DNA of 64,000 bases from Gammaproteobacteria bacterium (lineage in GTDB: Bacteria; Pseudomonadota; Gammaproteobacteria; JABABF01): positions 736,001-800,000 of the forward strand of contig OZ250153.1 in the NCBI GenBank assembly GCA_965237805.1. Reading direction: 5' to 3'. The number at the start of each line of letters is the position of its first letter. The stretch's first letter is position 1. Below are positions 1 to 13,931 of the stretch, piece after piece. The position numbers were made by a program, and so were the translations under genes. Below the pieces are notes generated by a model, which worked only from the letters and a program-made list of their open reading frames with translations, was not told the origin of the DNA and did not search any database.

Positions 1-1578
1 ATCGGCGGGCAAGGGCTCCAAGCGCAACCAGACATGACCGTACTGGCCGCGGCCACCGGTCTGTCGGATGTACTTGCCCTCCACCTCGACAGACTTGCGA
101 ATGGTCTCTCGGTAGGCTACTTGGGGCTTACCGGACGAGGCATCGACCCCGAACTCCCGGCGCATGCGCTCGACCAACACATCGAGGTGCAACTCGCCCA
201 TACCCGAGATAATAGTCTGACCGGACTCCTCGTCGCTCGCGACGCGGAACGATGGATCCTCGCGCGCCAGCTTGCCCAAAGCGACACTCATCTTTTCCTG
301 ATCCGCCTTCGACTTCGGCTCCACGGCAACGGAGATCACCGGATCGGGGAAATCCATGCGCTCGAGTACGATGGGCTTGACTGGCGAACACAGCGTGTCG
401 CCAGTGGCAACATTCTTCAGGCCGACGGCAGCTGCGATATCGCCAGCGTACAGCTCCCGCAACTCGTTGCGCTGGTTGGAATGCATTTGCACGATGCGAC
501 CGATGCGCTCCTTGGAGCGCCGACCAGAATTGATCACCGCGTCCCCCGTGCGCATGACGCCAGAATACACGCGAAGATAACTCAGAGTACCGACAAATGG
601 ATCGGTGGCGATCTTGAAAACTAATGCGGAAAAGGGGTCATCATCGGAGGCGGCGCGCTCGATGGGCGCATCGTCATCGGGCGACACACCCTTGATAGCA
701 ATCACCTCGGGCGGTGCTGGTAAATAGTCAATAACAGCATCGAGTACCGCCTGTACCCCCTTGTTCTTAAAGGCTGAGCCACAGAGCGTGACGACGATCT
801 CGTTGTCCAGCGTACGGCGGCGCAAGCCCGCACGGATTTGCTCCTCGCTGAGCTCGCGACCCTCTAAATAGGCCTCCATCAACTCATCGTTGGCTTCAGC
901 CGCAGCCTCGACCATATACTCGCGCGCTGCCTCGCTTTCGGCACGCATAGCCTCAGGGATATCCCCCAATTCAAAGCTGACACCGAGATCAGCCTCATTC
1001 CACCAGATTGCCTGCATCCGCACCAAATCGATCACGCCCCGGAAGTCATATTCGGCCCCGATGGGCAACTGCACCGGCACTGGTGCCGCGCCGAGGCGAT
1101 CGCGCATCTGCGCCACCACGGACATAAAATCAGCCCCTGCCCGATCCATCTTATTGACAAAGGCGATACGCGGCACCGCATAGCGATTGGCTTGGCGCCA
1201 CACTGTTTCGGTTTGCGGTTGCACACCCGAAGCAGCGCACAGCACCACCACGGTCCCATCTAAGACGCGCAGCGAGCGTTCTACCTCGATAGTGAAATCG
1301 ACATGCCCGGGGGTGTCGATGATATTGATGCGGTGCTCGTCGTATTGCTGCGCCATGCCGCGCCAATGGCAGGTGGTGGCGGCAGAGGTAATGGTGATGC
1401 CACGCTCCTGCTCCTGCTCCATCCAGTCCATGATGGCAGTGCCATCATGGACCTCGCCCAACTTGTGCGACAAGCCTGTGTAAAACAGCACCCGCTCCGT
1501 GGTCGTCGTCTTGCCAGCATCGACATGGGCGCAGATGCCGATATTACGGTAACGTCCCAGACTGGTTTGACGCGGCAC
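1..1578 (-). CDS. fusA: Elongation factor G (partial, runs off left edge)
   Basis: GTG at 1578 gives [28 protein letters not shown]; [11 protein letters not shown] and [10 protein letters not shown] motifs; directly downstream of rpsG. Confidence 0.97.
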   Translation of the reverse strand, partial: MPRQTSLGRYRNIGICAHVDAGKTTTTERVLFYTGLSHKLGEVHDGTAIMDWMEQEQERGITITSAATTCHWRGMAQQYDEHRINIIDTPGHVDFTIEVERSLRVLDGTVVVLCAASGVQPQTETVWRQANRYAVPRIAFVNKMDRAGADFMSVVAQMRDRLGAAPVPVQLPIGAEYDFRGVIDLVRMQAIWWNEADLGVSFELGDIPEAMRAESEAAREYMVEAAAEANDELMEAYLEGRELSEEQIRAGLRRRTLDNEIVVTLCGSAFKNKGVQAVLDAVIDYLPAPPEVIAIKGVSPDDDAPIERAASDDDPFSALVFKIATDPFVGTLSYLRVYSGVMRTGDAVINSGRRSKERIGRIVQMHSNQRNELRELYAGDIAAAVGLKNVATGDTLCSPVKPIVLERMDFPDPVISVAVEPKSKADQEKMSVALGKLAREDPSFRVASDEESGQTIISGMGELHLDVLVERMRREFGVDASSGKPQVAYRETIRKSVEVEGKYIRQTGGRGQYGHVWLRLEPLPAD

Positions 1579-1590
1579 GGCCAACAGCCT

Positions 1591-2073
1591 CTAGAAGCGA
1601 TAGTGGGCAAAGGCTTTATTCGCTTCCGCCATGCGATGGGTATCCTCGCGCTTCTTGACCGCCGCACCGCGTCCTTGAGCCGCATCCACAATCTCGCCAG
1701 CAAGGCGCGACGACATGGTTTTCTCGCTGCGCTTGCGTGCGCTATCAACCAGCCAACGCATCGCCAAAGCCTGACGTCGGCGCGGACGGACTTCGATCGG
1801 CACCTGATAAGTGGCACCGCCAACGCGACGCGATTTCACCTCGACTGACGGCTCAATATTCTCCAGCGCCTGACGGAAAACCGCCTCGGGTAGCGAGGCA
1901 TCAATGCTGCTGCCTCGCTGCGAGACAATATCCAGCGCACCGTAAACAATGCGCTCGGCCAGCGCTTTTTTACCGCGCACCATGACATGGTTGGTGAATT
2001 TGGCCAAGACCACGCTGTTGTATTTAGGATCCGGAGCGAGTTCCCGCCGCATCACAATTTGTTTTCTGGGCAT
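1591..2073 (-). CDS. rpsG: 30S ribosomal protein S7
   Basis: [15 protein letters not shown] and [15 protein letters not shown] motifs. Confidence 0.98.
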   Translation of the reverse strand: MPRKQIVMRRELAPDPKYNSVVLAKFTNHVMVRGKKALAERIVYGALDIVSQRGSSIDASLPEAVFRQALENIEPSVEVKSRRVGGATYQVPIEVRPRRRQALAMRWLVDSARKRSEKTMSSRLAGEIVDAAQGRGAAVKKREDTHRMAEANKAFAHYRF

Positions 2074-2106
2074 CGAATCAGCTTCTCAAGGGAGGATAGA
2101 CAGCTC

Positions 2107-2478
2107 TCATCTGGGGCGCTTGGCACCGTACTTGGAGCGCCGCTGGCGACGGCCTTCAACACCGCTGGCATCGAAGGCACCGCGCACGGTGTGATAACGC
2201 ACACCAGGCAAATCTTTCACACGCCCACCGCGGATCAAAATGATGCTGTGCTCCTGCAAACTGTGCCCTTCCCCGCCGATGTAGGCGGTGACTTCAAAAC
2301 CGTTAGTCAGGCGCACGCGGCACACCTTGCGTAAGGCCGAGTTCGGTTTTTTCGGTGTCGTGGTGTAGACGCGCGTGCAGACACCGCGGCGCTGTGGGCA
2401 ACCGCGCAGTGCGGGCACATTGCTCTTGTTGCGCTTGCGCTTGCGCGGTTTGCGCACCAGTTGATTGACGCGAGCCAT
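2107..2478 (-). CDS. rpsL: 30S ribosomal protein S12
   Basis: [13 protein letters not shown] and [11 protein letters not shown] motifs. Confidence 0.99.
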   Translation of the reverse strand: MARVNQLVRKPRKRKRNKSNVPALRGCPQRRGVCTRVYTTTPKKPNSALRKVCRVRLTNGFEVTAYIGGEGHSLQEHSIILIRGGRVKDLPGVRYHTVRGAFDASGVEGRRQRRSKYGAKRPR

Positions 2479-2527
2479 AATCTTTAGTCCAAGAATGTCA
2501 TAATTTTAACTCAGCTGGGTAACCCTG

Positions 2528-5500
2528 TCAGGCCAGCACTGCGTCGCCCTCGCCAGCCGCCGCATCGGCGACGGCTTCCGCCTCGTCTGGTGCCGGCGAA
2601 TCGGCAGCCATCGAGGCTTCCTCTGCACTCTGCAAAGCATGGGTGCGTTTTTGCATCAGCAAGCCAGTGCCACTGGGAATCAAGCGACCGACGATGACAT
2701 TCTCTTTGAGGCCTCGCATATAATCACGCTTACCAGCCACCGCCGCAGCGGTCAGCACCCGCGTTGTCTCTTGGAAAGATGCCGCTGAAATGAAGCTCTC
2801 GGTGGCCAACGCCGCCTTGGTCAAACCCAACAACTGGCGGTGCAAAATCGCCGGGTTGTGGTCGCGGTCGATCAAGTCACGGTTGACCTCCAGCGCCTCT
2901 TGGTATTCCACTTGCTCCCCTTTGGTATATGAGGAATCACCCGGATCGGCCACCTCTGCCTTGCGCAACATCTGGCGGATGATGACCTCAATGTGCTTGT
3001 CGTTGATCTTCACCCCCTGTAGCCGGTAGACCTCTTGGATTTCCGACACTAGATAATGCGCCAGTGCCTGTAGCCCCTGCACCCGCAGAATATCGTGCGG
3101 GCTCATCGAGCCGTCAGACACGACATCGCCACGCTCGACCCGTTCCCCTTCAAACACCGTCAGCCGCCGCCATTTTGGCACCAACATCTCCTCCACCTTG
3201 GCAGCAGCTGCGTCCGGATCCGCCTCCGTATCAACATCCGGCTCGATGTTGAGTCGGATTCGGGTCGCTGTCTCGCGCCCCAAGCTGATCGTGCCGGAAA
3301 TCTCAGCCAAGATCGCTGGTTCCGGCGGACGGCGCGCCTCGAACAGATCGACGACGCGCGGCAAGCCACCGGTAATGTCGCTGGCCTTCGACGCTTCCTG
3401 CGGGATGCGGGCGATGACATCGCCGCGGACAACCTCGCTGCCATCGTCTAGCGTCAGCGAAGCGTGGGGCGGCAATGGGTAAGTCGACAACTCACTGCCA
3501 TCCTCTTGACGCAGGCGGATGGTGGGGATCAAATCGCGTCCGGCATCGGGTCGCTCCAAGGTGTCCAGCACCACGATGCTCGACAGGCCGGTCAGGTCAT
3601 CCAACTGGCGACGCACCGTAATACCGTCCTCCATGTGGATCAGCTCGACACGCCCCGCCTCCTCGGCAAGGATCGGGCGGGTGTGTGAATCCCATGAGGC
3701 GACGACCTCGCCAGCCTTGACCTCGCCGTGATCGGCAACGGTCATCACCGTGCCGTGCGGCAGCTTGTAGCGCTCGCGCTCGACACCATCCTCGTCGAGT
3801 ACCGACATCTTGGCAGAGCGGGACAGCACCACATGGCGGTCAGCACGTTGCTTGACCACGCGAGCGTTGTGCAGCTGCACCGTGCCACTGTGTCCAACTT
3901 GAATCGAATTTGCTACGATGGAGCGTGCGGCGGCACCGCCGACATGGAAAGTGCGCATCGTCAGCTGGGTGCCCGGCTCGCCGATGGACTGAGCCGCCAC
4001 AATGCCGACTGAATTGCCTAAATTGACCAGCTGGCCGCGCCCCAAATCGCGACCGTAGCACATCGCGCAGATACCGTAACGCGACTCGCAAGCGATCGGC
4101 GAACGCACGCACACCGACTCGACCCGCAAGCTCTCCAACTGGCTCACCCACTCTTCATCCAGCAAACTTCCCTTGGGCACCAAGACGGCGCCATCGGGGC
4201 CGTGAATGTCCGCTGCTGTGACGCGACCGAGCACCCGCTCGCCAAGTGTCTCGAGCACCTCGCCACCCTCGATCACCGACGTCGCGTCGTGCCCGTCTTC
4301 GGTTCCGCAATCCTCGGTAGTGATCACAACATCCTGTGCAACATCGACCAAGCGGCGAGTCAGATAGCCGGAATTAGCCGTCTTCAATGCAGTGTCGGCT
4401 AAACCCTTGCGGGCACCGTGTGTCGAGATGAAATACTGCAGCACCGACAAGCCCTCGCGGAAATTGGCAGTGATCGGCGTCTCGATGATGGCACCATCAG
4501 GTTTGGCCATCAAACCGCGCATGCCAGCCAGCTGGCTGATCTGCCGCGGGTTACCTCGGGCACCGGAGTCCGCATACATGAACACCGCATTGAAAGAGGG
4601 TTGTTCGCTTTCCTCACCGTTGCGATCCACAACGATTTCGCTACTCAGGGCATCCATCATCGACTTGGCCACTTGGTCGGTGGCATCAGACCACACATCG
4701 ACTGCCTTGTTATAGCGTTCCTTCTCGGTCAAAACCCCAGCTTGATAGCGCTCGGCAATACGCTTGACCTCCAGCTCGGCCTCCGCAACCAAACGCGCCT
4801 TGGACTCAGGCACAACAAAATCATCGCAGCAGATCGAGGCGCCGGATCGGGTCGAAAAATCAAATCCCATGTACATCAAGCGATCGGCAAAAATCGCCGT
4901 CTCTTTCGGCCCGGCGAGACGATAACTCTGGTCGACCAGCTGTGATATGGAACCCTTGGTCAACACTTGGTTGACCAGATCGAAGGACAGCCCGCGAGGG
5001 ACAATGCGCCATAACAAGGCTCGCCCCACCGTGGAGCGCACCGTGAGCCGACGTGCTGGCGGCGTGTCGGCGGGCAGTTCCAAGCCGTCGGGGCTGGGAT
5101 CCCACTCGTCGATCCGCACGCGGACGCGGGCGTGTAACCCGACCTGCTCGGTGGCATAGGCGCGGTTCAGCTCATCGGCATCGGCGAAGACCATTCCTTC
5201 GCCGCGGTCATTACGACGCTCACGCGTCATGTAATAGAGCCCGAGCACGACATCCTGCGTCGGCACAATCACTGGCTGGCCATTGGTCGGCGAGAGCATG
5301 TTATTGCTGGACAACATCAGCACTCGCGATTCCAGCTGCGCCTCCAGCGTCAACGGCACATGCACCGCCATCTGGTCGCCATCGAAGTCGGCGTTGAAAG
5401 CCGCGCAGACTAGGGGGTGCAGCTGAATTGCCTTGCCCTCGATCAACAACGGCTCAAAGGCTTGGATGCCTAGGCGGTGCAAGGTCGGTGCCCGATTGAG

Positions 5501-6763
5501 CAACACCGGATGCTCGTGGATGACATTGGCCAGTGCGTCCCACACCTCCGGCAGTTCGCGCTCGACCATCTTCTTGGCAGTTTTGATCGTCACTTCCGAG
5601 TCACGTTGCATCAGATAGCCGTAGACGAAAGGCTTGAACAATTCCAAAGCCATATGCTTGGGCAGACCACACTGGTGCAAGCGCAATGTTGGCCCGACAA
5701 CGATCACCGAACGCCCCGAATAGTCCACCCGTTTGCCGAGCAGGTTCTGACGAAAACGCCCCTGCTTTCCCTTGATCATATCCGCCAAGGATTTGAGCGG
5801 GCGGCGGCTGGTGCTGGAGATGGCGCGCCCGCGGCGACCGTTGTCGAGCAAGGCGTCAACCGACTCCTGCAACATACGCTTTTCGTTGCAGACAATGATG
5901 TCCGGCGCGTGTAACTCCAGCAGGCGCCGCAGACGATTGTTGCGGTTGATCACACGGCGATAGAGATCGTTGAGATCCGAAGAGGCAAAGCGCCCACCCT
6001 CAAGCGCCACCAACGGGCGCAGGTCAGCTGGCAACACCGGCAGCGTGGTGAGGATCATCCACTCGGGTTTGTTGCCCGATTGGATAAAGGTCTCGATCAG
6101 GCGCAGACGCTTGGTCGCTTTCTTGCCCTTGGCAACCGATCGCGTGGCCGCAATCTCCTCGCGCAGAAGGATGGTCTCAGCTTCCAAGTCGATACTGCGC
6201 AACAGATCTTGGATACCTTCTGCACCCATTTTGGCGGTGAAGTCATCACCGTATTCGTTGATCGCATTGGAATAGTCCTCCCCGCGCAGGATGGCACCCC
6301 GCTCCAGCCCGGTGATGCCAGGATCGACAACGACATGAGCCTCGAAATACAGCACATCCTCAATATCGCGCAACTTCATGTCGAGCAAGGTGCCGATGCT
6401 GGACGGCAACACCTTGAGGAACCAGATATGTGCCACTGGACAGGCTAGCTCGATATGCCCCATGCGGCTACGACGCTCGCTACTGCGCGTGATATCGACA
6501 CCACATTTTTCACAACGCTGGCCACGATATTTCTCGCGACGATATTTTCCGCACAGACATTCGTAATCTTTAATCGGACCAAAAATTTTGGCGCAGAACA
6601 AGCCGTCCCTCTCGGGGCGCAAGGTGCGGTAGTTAGTCGTCTCTGGCTTGCGCACTTCGCCATAGGACCACGATCGGATCTTCTCCGGTGAGGCAAGGCT
6701 GATATGCACCGCATCGAATTCGGAATCTTTTTTACGGCGCTGTGCGCGCACCATGTGTTCCAC
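2528..6763 (-). CDS. rpoC: RNA polymerase beta' subunit
   Basis: NADFDGD catalytic motif, N-terminal Zn finger, 1411 aa. Confidence 0.99.
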   Translation of the reverse strand: MEHMVRAQRRKKDSEFDAVHISLASPEKIRSWSYGEVRKPETTNYRTLRPERDGLFCAKIFGPIKDYECLCGKYRREKYRGQRCEKCGVDITRSSERRSRMGHIELACPVAHIWFLKVLPSSIGTLLDMKLRDIEDVLYFEAHVVVDPGITGLERGAILRGEDYSNAINEYGDDFTAKMGAEGIQDLLRSIDLEAETILLREEIAATRSVAKGKKATKRLRLIETFIQSGNKPEWMILTTLPVLPADLRPLVALEGGRFASSDLNDLYRRVINRNNRLRRLLELHAPDIIVCNEKRMLQESVDALLDNGRRGRAISSTSRRPLKSLADMIKGKQGRFRQNLLGKRVDYSGRSVIVVGPTLRLHQCGLPKHMALELFKPFVYGYLMQRDSEVTIKTAKKMVERELPEVWDALANVIHEHPVLLNRAPTLHRLGIQAFEPLLIEGKAIQLHPLVCAAFNADFDGDQMAVHVPLTLEAQLESRVLMLSSNNMLSPTNGQPVIVPTQDVVLGLYYMTRERRNDRGEGMVFADADELNRAYATEQVGLHARVRVRIDEWDPSPDGLELPADTPPARRLTVRSTVGRALLWRIVPRGLSFDLVNQVLTKGSISQLVDQSYRLAGPKETAIFADRLMYMGFDFSTRSGASICCDDFVVPESKARLVAEAELEVKRIAERYQAGVLTEKERYNKAVDVWSDATDQVAKSMMDALSSEIVVDRNGEESEQPSFNAVFMYADSGARGNPRQISQLAGMRGLMAKPDGAIIETPITANFREGLSVLQYFISTHGARKGLADTALKTANSGYLTRRLVDVAQDVVITTEDCGTEDGHDATSVIEGGEVLETLGERVLGRVTAADIHGPDGAVLVPKGSLLDEEWVSQLESLRVESVCVRSPIACESRYGICAMCYGRDLGRGQLVNLGNSVGIVAAQSIGEPGTQLTMRTFHVGGAAARSIVANSIQVGHSGTVQLHNARVVKQRADRHVVLSRSAKMSVLDEDGVERERYKLPHGTVMTVADHGEVKAGEVVASWDSHTRPILAEEAGRVELIHMEDGITVRRQLDDLTGLSSIVVLDTLERPDAGRDLIPTIRLRQEDGSELSTYPLPPHASLTLDDGSEVVRGDVIARIPQEASKASDITGGLPRVVDLFEARRPPEPAILAEISGTISLGRETATRIRLNIEPDVDTEADPDAAAAKVEEMLVPKWRRLTVFEGERVERGDVVSDGSMSPHDILRVQGLQALAHYLVSEIQEVYRLQGVKINDKHIEVIIRQMLRKAEVADPGDSSYTKGEQVEYQEALEVNRDLIDRDHNPAILHRQLLGLTKAALATESFISAASFQETTRVLTAAAVAGKRDYMRGLKENVIVGRLIPSGTGLLMQKRTHALQSAEEASMAADSPAPDEAEAVADAAAGEGDAVLA

Positions 6764-6768
6764 TTTAA

Positions 6769-9700
6769 CTATCTCTCCTCTTCCAGTTTGTGTTCTAGTT
6801 CGATGTTGATGCCGAGTGCGCGGATTTCGCGCATCAGCACATTAAAAGACTCCGGCATCTCAACACTCATCCGCTGATCGCCCTCGATGATGTTTTTATA
6901 CATACGACTACGGCCACTGACATCGTCCGATTTCGCCGTCAAGATTTCCTGCAATGTATAGGAAGCACCGTAGGCTTCAAGCGCCCACACCTCCATCTCG
7001 CCGAAGCGCTGACCACCAAACTGCGCCTTGCCGCCCAGTGGTTGCTGGGTAACCAAACCATAGGAGCCAGTGGAACGGGCATGCATCTTATCGTCCACCA
7101 AGTGATTCAACTTCAACATGTACATATAGCCGACCGTAATCGGGCGATCATAGGCAGTACCAGTGCGACCGTCGTAGAGCGTCATCTGACCGTTTTCCGG
7201 CTGCCCTGCCATGCGCAACAGGCGCTTAATTTCGTCCTCTCTGACACCATCGAATACTGGCGATGCAACCAAGACACCTCGTTTCAAGCGCTGAGCCAAC
7301 AGCTGCAATTCGGTATCGTCGAGCTCGTCGACGGCAACCGATCGTCCCTCGGTCACAGCAAAAATTTCAGCAAGGAAAGCGCGCAATCGTGCCACCGAAG
7401 CCTGTTCATCAAGCAACTGGTTGATGCGATCCCCCAGCCCTTTGACGGCCAAACCCAGATGTGCTTCCAACACCTGCCCCACATTCATCCTTGAGGGCAC
7501 CCCAAGCGGGTTCAACACAATGTCAACTGGCTCGCCACGCTCATCGTACGGCATGTCCTCAACTGGCATCGTCGCGGAAACCACACCCTTGTTGCCGTGT
7601 CGTCCAGCCATCTTGTCACCGGGCTGGATACGCCGACGCACTGCCAAAAACACCTTGACCACTTTGAGCACGCCGACCGGAAAGTCGCCTTTGCGCGCGG
7701 CCTGTTTTTTTTCTTCGAGGTAATCGTCGAGCCGCTTGCGATAATTTTGCAGTTGCCGATCCACCGCTTCCAATTGGTCGTTGATCTTGGAATTCCGAAA
7801 ACATAACTTAAACCATTCCGTATGCGCCAAACCATCCAATAAACCGGCAGTCAACTTGGTGCCCGCCTTGATGCCAGCACCGCTGGCCACCGTGCGCCCC
7901 ATCAGCAGCTTGCGCAAGCGGCGGTAAGTGGCTTCTTCGACAATATGCCATTCTTGTTCTTGATCTTGCTTGACTTGATCCAGACGCGCCTCTTCGAGCG
8001 CGAGCGTGCGCTCGTCTTTTTCTTCGGAGGAATGCGTGAATATCTGAACATCGATTACCGTGCCGTAAACACCAGATGGCACGCGCAAGGACGAATCTTT
8101 GACTTCAGCAGCTTTCTCACCAAAGATCGCCCGCAACAATTTTTCTTCCGGGGTCAGCAAGGTCTCACCCTTGGGCGTCACCTTGCCAACCAAAATGTCG
8201 CCCGGTTTGACGCGCGCACCGATATAGACAATGCCAAATTCATCGAGATGAGCCCGTGCTACCTCACTGACATTCGGGATATCTGCAGTGATTTCCTCTG
8301 GACCAAACTTCAGGCCACGTGCCGTGCAGACATGATCTTGTATGTGGATCGAGGTGAAACGATCCTCCCGCACGACGCGCTCGGACACCAAAATGGAATC
8401 CTCAAAGTTGTAGCCGTGCCAAGGCATGAAGGCGACACGTATGTTTTGTCCCAAAGCCAATTCACCGATTTCGGTCGCCGGACCGTCGGCGAGTATGTCG
8501 CCGCGCGCGATACGATCGCCAGTCGTGACAATCGGTCGCTGATTGATCGCTGTGTTCTGGTTAGAACGCGTGTATTTGACCAGCGTATAAATATCGACCA
8601 CTGGCGCATCTTCTTCGATTTCTTCTTCATCGACACGCACAACAATGCGGCTCGCATCGGCACTGTGGACCACGCCGCCACGACGCGCCGTCACGCAGAC
8701 CCCGGCATCGCGTGCCACATGGCGTTCAATACCGGTACCGACCAACGGCGCTTCGGGATGGGCAAGCGGCGAAGCTTGGCGCTGCATATTCGATCCCATC
8801 AACGCGCGGTTGGCATCATCGTGCTCGAGAAATGGAATCAGCGCTGCGGCAATGGACACCACTTGCTGGGGCGACACATCCATGTAATTAATGCGGTCAG
8901 GCGGCATCACCGAGAATTCGTTACGGTGGCGCACAGCCACCATATCGTCTTGAAAGCGCCCTTCCGCATCGAGCACAGCCGATGCTTGAGCAATCACATA
9001 GTCGCCTTCCTCGATGGCCGACAGCCGTTCAATCTCATTGGTGACACAACCATCGACCACTTTGCGATAACAAGCCTCGATAAAGCCATAGCGATTGATT
9101 TGTGCATAGACAGTTAGCGAATTGATCAAGCCAATACTCGGCCCTTCCGGTGTCTCGATCGGACAGAGGCGTCCGTAGTGTGTCGGATGCACATCGCGCA
9201 CTTCAAAGCCAGCGCGCTCGCGAGTCATCCCACCGGGGCCGAGCGCCGACACACGGCGCTTGTGCGTGACTTCTGCCAACGGGTTGTTCTGATCCATGAA
9301 CTGGGACAGCTTGCTGGATCCAAAAAACTCTTGCATGGCACCGGTAACCGGCTTGGCATTGACCAAATCCGGCGGCCCCAGATTCTCGCTGTCGGCATGG
9401 GTGAGGCGCTCGCGCACGACGCGCTCTATACGCACCAAACCGACACGGAATTGGTTTTCCGCCATCTCACCGACAGAGCGCACCCGCCGGTTGCCCAAGT
9501 GGTCGATATCGTCCACCTCGCCGTGTCCGTTGCGGATGCTAACCAGCGTGCGGATGACATCGATGATGTCCTCCTTCTCCAAGATCAACGATCCTTCGGC
9601 ACCGGCGCGCCCGAGACGACGGTTGAATTTCATGCGCCCGACTTCGGACAGATCATAGCGCTCAGAATTGAAAAACAAATTCTTCAGCAGGTTATCGGCT

Positions 9701-10896
9701 ACCGCTGGCGTCGGCAGCTCACCGGGGCGCATGATGCGATAGAGTTCAACTTGGGCGCTGATCTTATCTTCCGCCGTGCCGATGCGCAAAGTATCGGAAA
9801 TGAAAGCCCCACAATCCAAGTCATTGGTATAGATCGTTTCGATCGGGTCGATGCCATTGCCTGCCAAGCGGCGCAACAGATCACCAGTTGGATCGGCATC
9901 ATCGCCCGCCGCTGGGCGCACGAGTTGGGTGTTACATAGCGCGATGATCTCGCCAGTTTCGGTGTCGATAATGTCGCGCTTGAGAGAGCGGCCATAGAGG
10001 TGATTCACCGACACCTCCAGCTGATCGACACCTGCCTCTTGCATCAGACGCACATGACGCGGTGTGATGCGACGCCCCGCTTCCACCAAGACCTCGCCCT
10101 TAGCATTGAGCACGGGCTCCGGCAAAGTCTGACCACGCAGGCGCGTCGGCACCAATTCCATGCGATAACGCTGGCCCGGCTCCACCACCCAGAAACGCTC
10201 TGTCTCAAAGAACAGATCGAGTATCTGCTCGGCACTGTACCCAATCGCGCGTAGTAGCGTCGTCACTGGCAGCTTGCGGCGACGGTCGATTCGCGCATAG
10301 AGCAAATCCTTGAGATCAAATTCGAAATCGAGCCACGAACCGCGGTAGGGAATGATGCGTGCGGTGTACAACAGCTTCTTGCCAGAAGCGTGCGTCTTGC
10401 CTTTGTCGTGGTCGAAAATGACGCCTGGCGAGCGGTGCAATTGCGAGACGACGACCCGCTCGGTGCCATTGATGACAAAAGCGCCTTGCTCGGTCATCAG
10501 TGGAATTTCGCCAAGGTAGACCTCGCCCTCGCGCACTTCGCGCGGCACACGACGACTGCCGCCGCCACGATAAATCAGCAAGCGCAATTTGACATGCAAT
10601 GGTGCCGAGTAGATCTTGTCACGCAGTTTGCTCTCCTCGACATCGAAAGAGGGCGTGCCGAGTGAGTAGCTGACATAGTCGAGTATGGTGTTCCCATTAT
10701 GGCTCTCAATCGGGAAAATAGAGCGGAACACTGCTTCCAAACCGGTGTTGAGTCGCTCCTCATGGGGCACATCGGCCTGCAAGAACGCTCGGTATGAATC
10801 GAGCTGCAGCGCCAGCAGATTTGGTGGTTCAACCACATGAGGCAGGCGACCAAAGTCGAGGCGCAGACGTTTTTTATCAGTGTAGGAATAGGCCAT
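6769..10896 (-). CDS. rpoB: RNA polymerase beta subunit
   Basis: [12 protein letters not shown] start (ATG 10896); [12 protein letters not shown] and GGQRFGEME motifs. Confidence 0.99.
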   Translation of the reverse strand: MAYSYTDKKRLRLDFGRLPHVVEPPNLLALQLDSYRAFLQADVPHEERLNTGLEAVFRSIFPIESHNGNTILDYVSYSLGTPSFDVEESKLRDKIYSAPLHVKLRLLIYRGGGSRRVPREVREGEVYLGEIPLMTEQGAFVINGTERVVVSQLHRSPGVIFDHDKGKTHASGKKLLYTARIIPYRGSWLDFEFDLKDLLYARIDRRRKLPVTTLLRAIGYSAEQILDLFFETERFWVVEPGQRYRMELVPTRLRGQTLPEPVLNAKGEVLVEAGRRITPRHVRLMQEAGVDQLEVSVNHLYGRSLKRDIIDTETGEIIALCNTQLVRPAAGDDADPTGDLLRRLAGNGIDPIETIYTNDLDCGAFISDTLRIGTAEDKISAQVELYRIMRPGELPTPAVADNLLKNLFFNSERYDLSEVGRMKFNRRLGRAGAEGSLILEKEDIIDVIRTLVSIRNGHGEVDDIDHLGNRRVRSVGEMAENQFRVGLVRIERVVRERLTHADSENLGPPDLVNAKPVTGAMQEFFGSSKLSQFMDQNNPLAEVTHKRRVSALGPGGMTRERAGFEVRDVHPTHYGRLCPIETPEGPSIGLINSLTVYAQINRYGFIEACYRKVVDGCVTNEIERLSAIEEGDYVIAQASAVLDAEGRFQDDMVAVRHRNEFSVMPPDRINYMDVSPQQVVSIAAALIPFLEHDDANRALMGSNMQRQASPLAHPEAPLVGTGIERHVARDAGVCVTARRGGVVHSADASRIVVRVDEEEIEEDAPVVDIYTLVKYTRSNQNTAINQRPIVTTGDRIARGDILADGPATEIGELALGQNIRVAFMPWHGYNFEDSILVSERVVREDRFTSIHIQDHVCTARGLKFGPEEITADIPNVSEVARAHLDEFGIVYIGARVKPGDILVGKVTPKGETLLTPEEKLLRAIFGEKAAEVKDSSLRVPSGVYGTVIDVQIFTHSSEEKDERTLALEEARLDQVKQDQEQEWHIVEEATYRRLRKLLMGRTVASGAGIKAGTKLTAGLLDGLAHTEWFKLCFRNSKINDQLEAVDRQLQNYRKRLDDYLEEKKQAARKGDFPVGVLKVVKVFLAVRRRIQPGDKMAGRHGNKGVVSATMPVEDMPYDERGEPVDIVLNPLGVPSRMNVGQVLEAHLGLAVKGLGDRINQLLDEQASVARLRAFLAEIFAVTEGRSVAVDELDDTELQLLAQRLKRGVLVASPVFDGVREDEIKRLLRMAGQPENGQMTLYDGRTGTAYDRPITVGYMYMLKLNHLVDDKMHARSTGSYGLVTQQPLGGKAQFGGQRFGEMEVWALEAYGASYTLQEILTAKSDDVSGRSRMYKNIIEGDQRMSVEMPESFNVLMREIRALGINIELEHKLEEER

Positions 10897-10953
10897 TTGA
10901 CTCAACCAGTGCAGGTGATGGGTGGAACAGGGAATGAACGCAAAGCGGCCAAA

Positions 10954-11325
10954 TTAGGCCACCCCCGCCACCGCTCCAGCCTCCTGCAACTGCTTGAGCC
11001 CATCGTCAGCATCCTCTTTGCTGAGCCCTTCTTTGACAGTCGCTGGTGCGCTCTCGACCAACTCCTTGCCCTCTCTGAGCCCCAGCCCAGTCAGCGCACG
11101 CACCACTTTGATAACTTGCACTTTTTTCTCACCATATTCCTTGAGCACCAAATCGAATTCTGTTTGCTCGGCAACCGCTTCCTCGGCAGAAGCCGCTGGC
11201 CCCGCCATGACAGGTGCGGCGGCACTGACACCAAATTTCTCTTCAATCGCATCGATCAGTTCGACCAATTCCATCACACTCATCTCGGCAACCGTGTTCA
11301 GAATGTCATCTTTTTTGCTCATCAT
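10954..11325 (-). CDS. rplL: 50S ribosomal protein L7/L12
   Basis: [10 protein letters not shown] and [13 protein letters not shown] motifs; position. Confidence 0.97.
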   Translation of the reverse strand: MMSKKDDILNTVAEMSVMELVELIDAIEEKFGVSAAAPVMAGPAASAEEAVAEQTEFDLVLKEYGEKKVQVIKVVRALTGLGLREGKELVESAPATVKEGLSKEDADDGLKQLQEAGAVAGVA

Positions 11326-11401
11326 CTAGCTCCTTGCTGGGGGTGTTTTTTGCCACTCGGCTATGTCGATTGTGGGAAGGCAAGCACCAAAATGCCAATG
11401 C

Positions 11402-11956
11402 CTAAGTAGCGCCATCCGAGGGCGACGCCTGTTGCTGTTCCCGTTGCTCGCGCAACGCGGACAGCGTGTAGACCAATTTTTGCAAGCTGCCACGCAGCGT
11501 GCCGTGTAAGCGTGCCAGCGGCCACTGCAACAGCCCCAGCAAGCGCGCCAGCGCCTGCTCGCGTGTCGGCAGATCAGCAAGCACATCGAGCTGACTACCG
11601 TGCAGCAGCTGCCCGTCCACCACCAGTGCGCGCACATGAAAGGGAGCGTGATCCTTGGCAAAATCACGAAACAAGCGGGCGCAGACACCGGGATCGTCAT
11701 AGGAAAAACCAAACAGGCTCGGCCCGCACAGAGTCTCAGTGACGCAGGAAAAATGTGTCCCCTCTACAGCGCGCAACGCCAAGCGGTTTTTGACAACCCG
11801 CAACGTCGCTCCACCAGCACGTGCCGCACGCCGCAGCTCGGTGATATCAGCCACCGACACGCCGCTGAGATCGGCAATGGCGAGCGAGCTGGCACCCTCA
11901 CCTAGTTCGCGCAGGGCGCTCACTGCCACCTTTTTCTGATCCAGATTCATCACCAT
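11402..11956 (-). CDS. rplJ: 50S ribosomal protein L10
   Basis: LRVVKNRL and LADLPTREQAL motifs; between rplA and rplL. Confidence 0.95.
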   Translation of the reverse strand: MVMNLDQKKVAVSALRELGEGASSLAIADLSGVSVADITELRRAARAGGATLRVVKNRLALRAVEGTHFSCVTETLCGPSLFGFSYDDPGVCARLFRDFAKDHAPFHVRALVVDGQLLHGSQLDVLADLPTREQALARLLGLLQWPLARLHGTLRGSLQKLVYTLSALREQREQQQASPSDGAT

Positions 11957-11989
11957 GGTGCGCTCTCCTCCAGCCGTCGGCCGCAGCCC

Positions 11990-12700
11990 TCAGGCCTGAG
12001 CCTCCAGATCAGCCATATCCACTGCCACACTCGGCCCCATCGTCGTCGACAAGCTCACTCGCCGCAGATAATGACCCTTGGCGGCGACCGGTCGCAGACG
12101 CCGCACATCCGCCAACAGCGCCAACAAGTTCTCGCTCAACGCCTCGACGGTAAAACTGCGCCGCCCGATGCAACCGTGCACAATGCCGCCGCGCTCAGCG
12201 CGGAAACGCAGCTGGCCTTTGCGGGCATCGCGCACCGCATCGCCAACTTGAGCGGTCACCGTCCCCTGCTTGGGGCTGGGCATCAGTCCCCTAGGTCCCA
12301 AAATTTGCCCCAACTTGCCCACCAAGGGCATCGCCGATGGCTGCGCGATCACCACATCGAAGTCCATCTCGCCGCCGCGAATGCTCTCAGCCAAGTCATC
12401 CATCCCGACGATTTGTGCGCCCTCGCTACGCGCCTCATCTGCCGCTACACCCTCGGCGAACACGGCCACCCGCGTCTCCTTGCCAGAGCCGTGCGGCAAG
12501 CTGGTCGCCCCGCGCAGCTGCTGCTCGCCTTGGCGGGTATCGAGACCGAGCTTAAGAGCGACATCGACCGACTCGTCAAAAGCACTGGGGCGCGACGCCA
12601 GCAATCTGCGCAGCGCATCGGACAAGGGCAGCGGCTCACTGCCTGCTGGCAGCTGCTCACGGTTCTCGCACACCCGGCGAGAAGCTTTGGCCATCGTCAT
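11990..12700 (-). CDS. rplA: 50S ribosomal protein L1
   Basis: [15 protein letters not shown] and STTMGP motifs; ATGA overlap with rplK stop. Confidence 0.97.
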   Translation of the reverse strand: MTMAKASRRVCENREQLPAGSEPLPLSDALRRLLASRPSAFDESVDVALKLGLDTRQGEQQLRGATSLPHGSGKETRVAVFAEGVAADEARSEGAQIVGMDDLAESIRGGEMDFDVVIAQPSAMPLVGKLGQILGPRGLMPSPKQGTVTAQVGDAVRDARKGQLRFRAERGGIVHGCIGRRSFTVEALSENLLALLADVRRLRPVAAKGHYLRRVSLSTTMGPSVAVDMADLEAQA

Positions 12701-13152
12701 ATCCCCTCGACTTCGATGCCGATACTACGGGCGCTACCGGCCAGCGTGCGCAGAGCCGCTTCGAGATCCGACGCCGTTAAATCCGGCATCTTTTGCCCGG
12801 CGATCTGCTCCAATTGTGCGCGGTTCACTTTGCCAACCTTGGTCTTATTCGGTGTGCCGCTACCCTTTGCAATACCCGCCGCCTTGCGCAACAACACCGA
12901 CGCTGGCGGCTGGCGCGTGATGAAGTCGAAGCTGCGGTCAGCGTAGACCGAGATGACGACCGGTACCAGCAGGCCAGCCTCCAGATGCTGCGTCGCCGCA
13001 TTGAACAACTTACAGAAATCCATAATGTTGAGGCCGTGCTGCCCTAGGGCCGGGCCGACGGGCGGGCTCGGATTCGCCTGCCCAGCAGGCACCTGTAACT
13101 TGATGAAGGCCGACGCTTCGCGTATCGACTTAGCAGCGCCCGGCTTAGCCAT
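12697..13152 (-). CDS. rplK: 50S ribosomal protein L11
   Basis: [21 protein letters not shown] motif; ATG at 13152 after GGAGG. Confidence 0.97.
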   Translation of the reverse strand: MAKPGAAKSIREASAFIKLQVPAGQANPSPPVGPALGQHGLNIMDFCKLFNAATQHLEAGLLVPVVISVYADRSFDFITRQPPASVLLRKAAGIAKGSGTPNKTKVGKVNRAQLEQIAGQKMPDLTASDLEAALRTLAGSARSIGIEVEGI

Positions 13153-13239
13153 GATGAGCACCGCCTCCACGCAACACCACAAGGCGACCGATGCCATCGC
13201 CACGCACGCCTATGAACCATCCATGTCCCAGCGCGAACA

Positions 13240-13899
13240 TCAGGCTTTCTCCACTTGGACAAACTCCAAGTCGACCGGTGTCGAGCGCCCAAAAATCATC
13301 ACGGAGATCTTCAGGCGACTCTTCTCGTAGTTGACTTCCTCGACGGTGCCATTGAAATCGTGGAATGGCCCATCGACCACCCGCACCATTTCGCCGGGCT
13401 CAAACAGTGTCTGCGGATAAGGCGTGTCGCTGCTAGCCCGGTCGATGCGTTGCATCAGGCGATCAGTCTCTGCCTCGGACAGCGGGATTGGCGCGGCGAG
13501 TTGATCCGGATCGGCACCACGACGGCGATGGCCGCCGATGAAGCCGATGACTCGAGGCGTCGAGCCGATCAAGTGCCACACTTCGGGGGACAACTGCTGA
13601 TGTTCCTCGTCGATGGCGATCTGCACCAACAGGTACCCCGGGAAAAATTTGCGCTGGCTACGGCGTTGCTGGCCGCCACGCATCTCAACCACCTCTTCAA
13701 CCGGCATCAGGATTTCTCCAAAATAGAGACGCAAGCTCGGATCGGCCAGCTCGATACGCTCGCGCAGAGCCAACTCGGCGTTCTTCTCGTGCCCAGAATA
13801 GACCTGCACCACGAACCAACGCCAACTGCTACCAGCAGGCGCGCTCTGTGCTTTGGGGTCACCCGCTAGCACTGTTGTCTCGGCTGTCTCAGCCATCAT
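13240..13899 (-). CDS. nusG: Transcription termination/antitermination factor NusG
   Basis: [21 protein letters not shown] and KOW motif [13 protein letters not shown]; start trimmed to ATG 13899. Confidence 0.97.
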   Translation of the reverse strand: MMAETAETTVLAGDPKAQSAPAGSSWRWFVVQVYSGHEKNAELALRERIELADPSLRLYFGEILMPVEEVVEMRGGQQRRSQRKFFPGYLLVQIAIDEEHQQLSPEVWHLIGSTPRVIGFIGGHRRRGADPDQLAAPIPLSEAETDRLMQRIDRASSDTPYPQTLFEPGEMVRVVDGPFHDFNGTVEEVNYEKSRLKISVMIFGRSTPVDLEFVQVEKA

Positions 13900-13931
13900 C
13901 TCCACGCCACCAATCGCATCAACACTAACAA

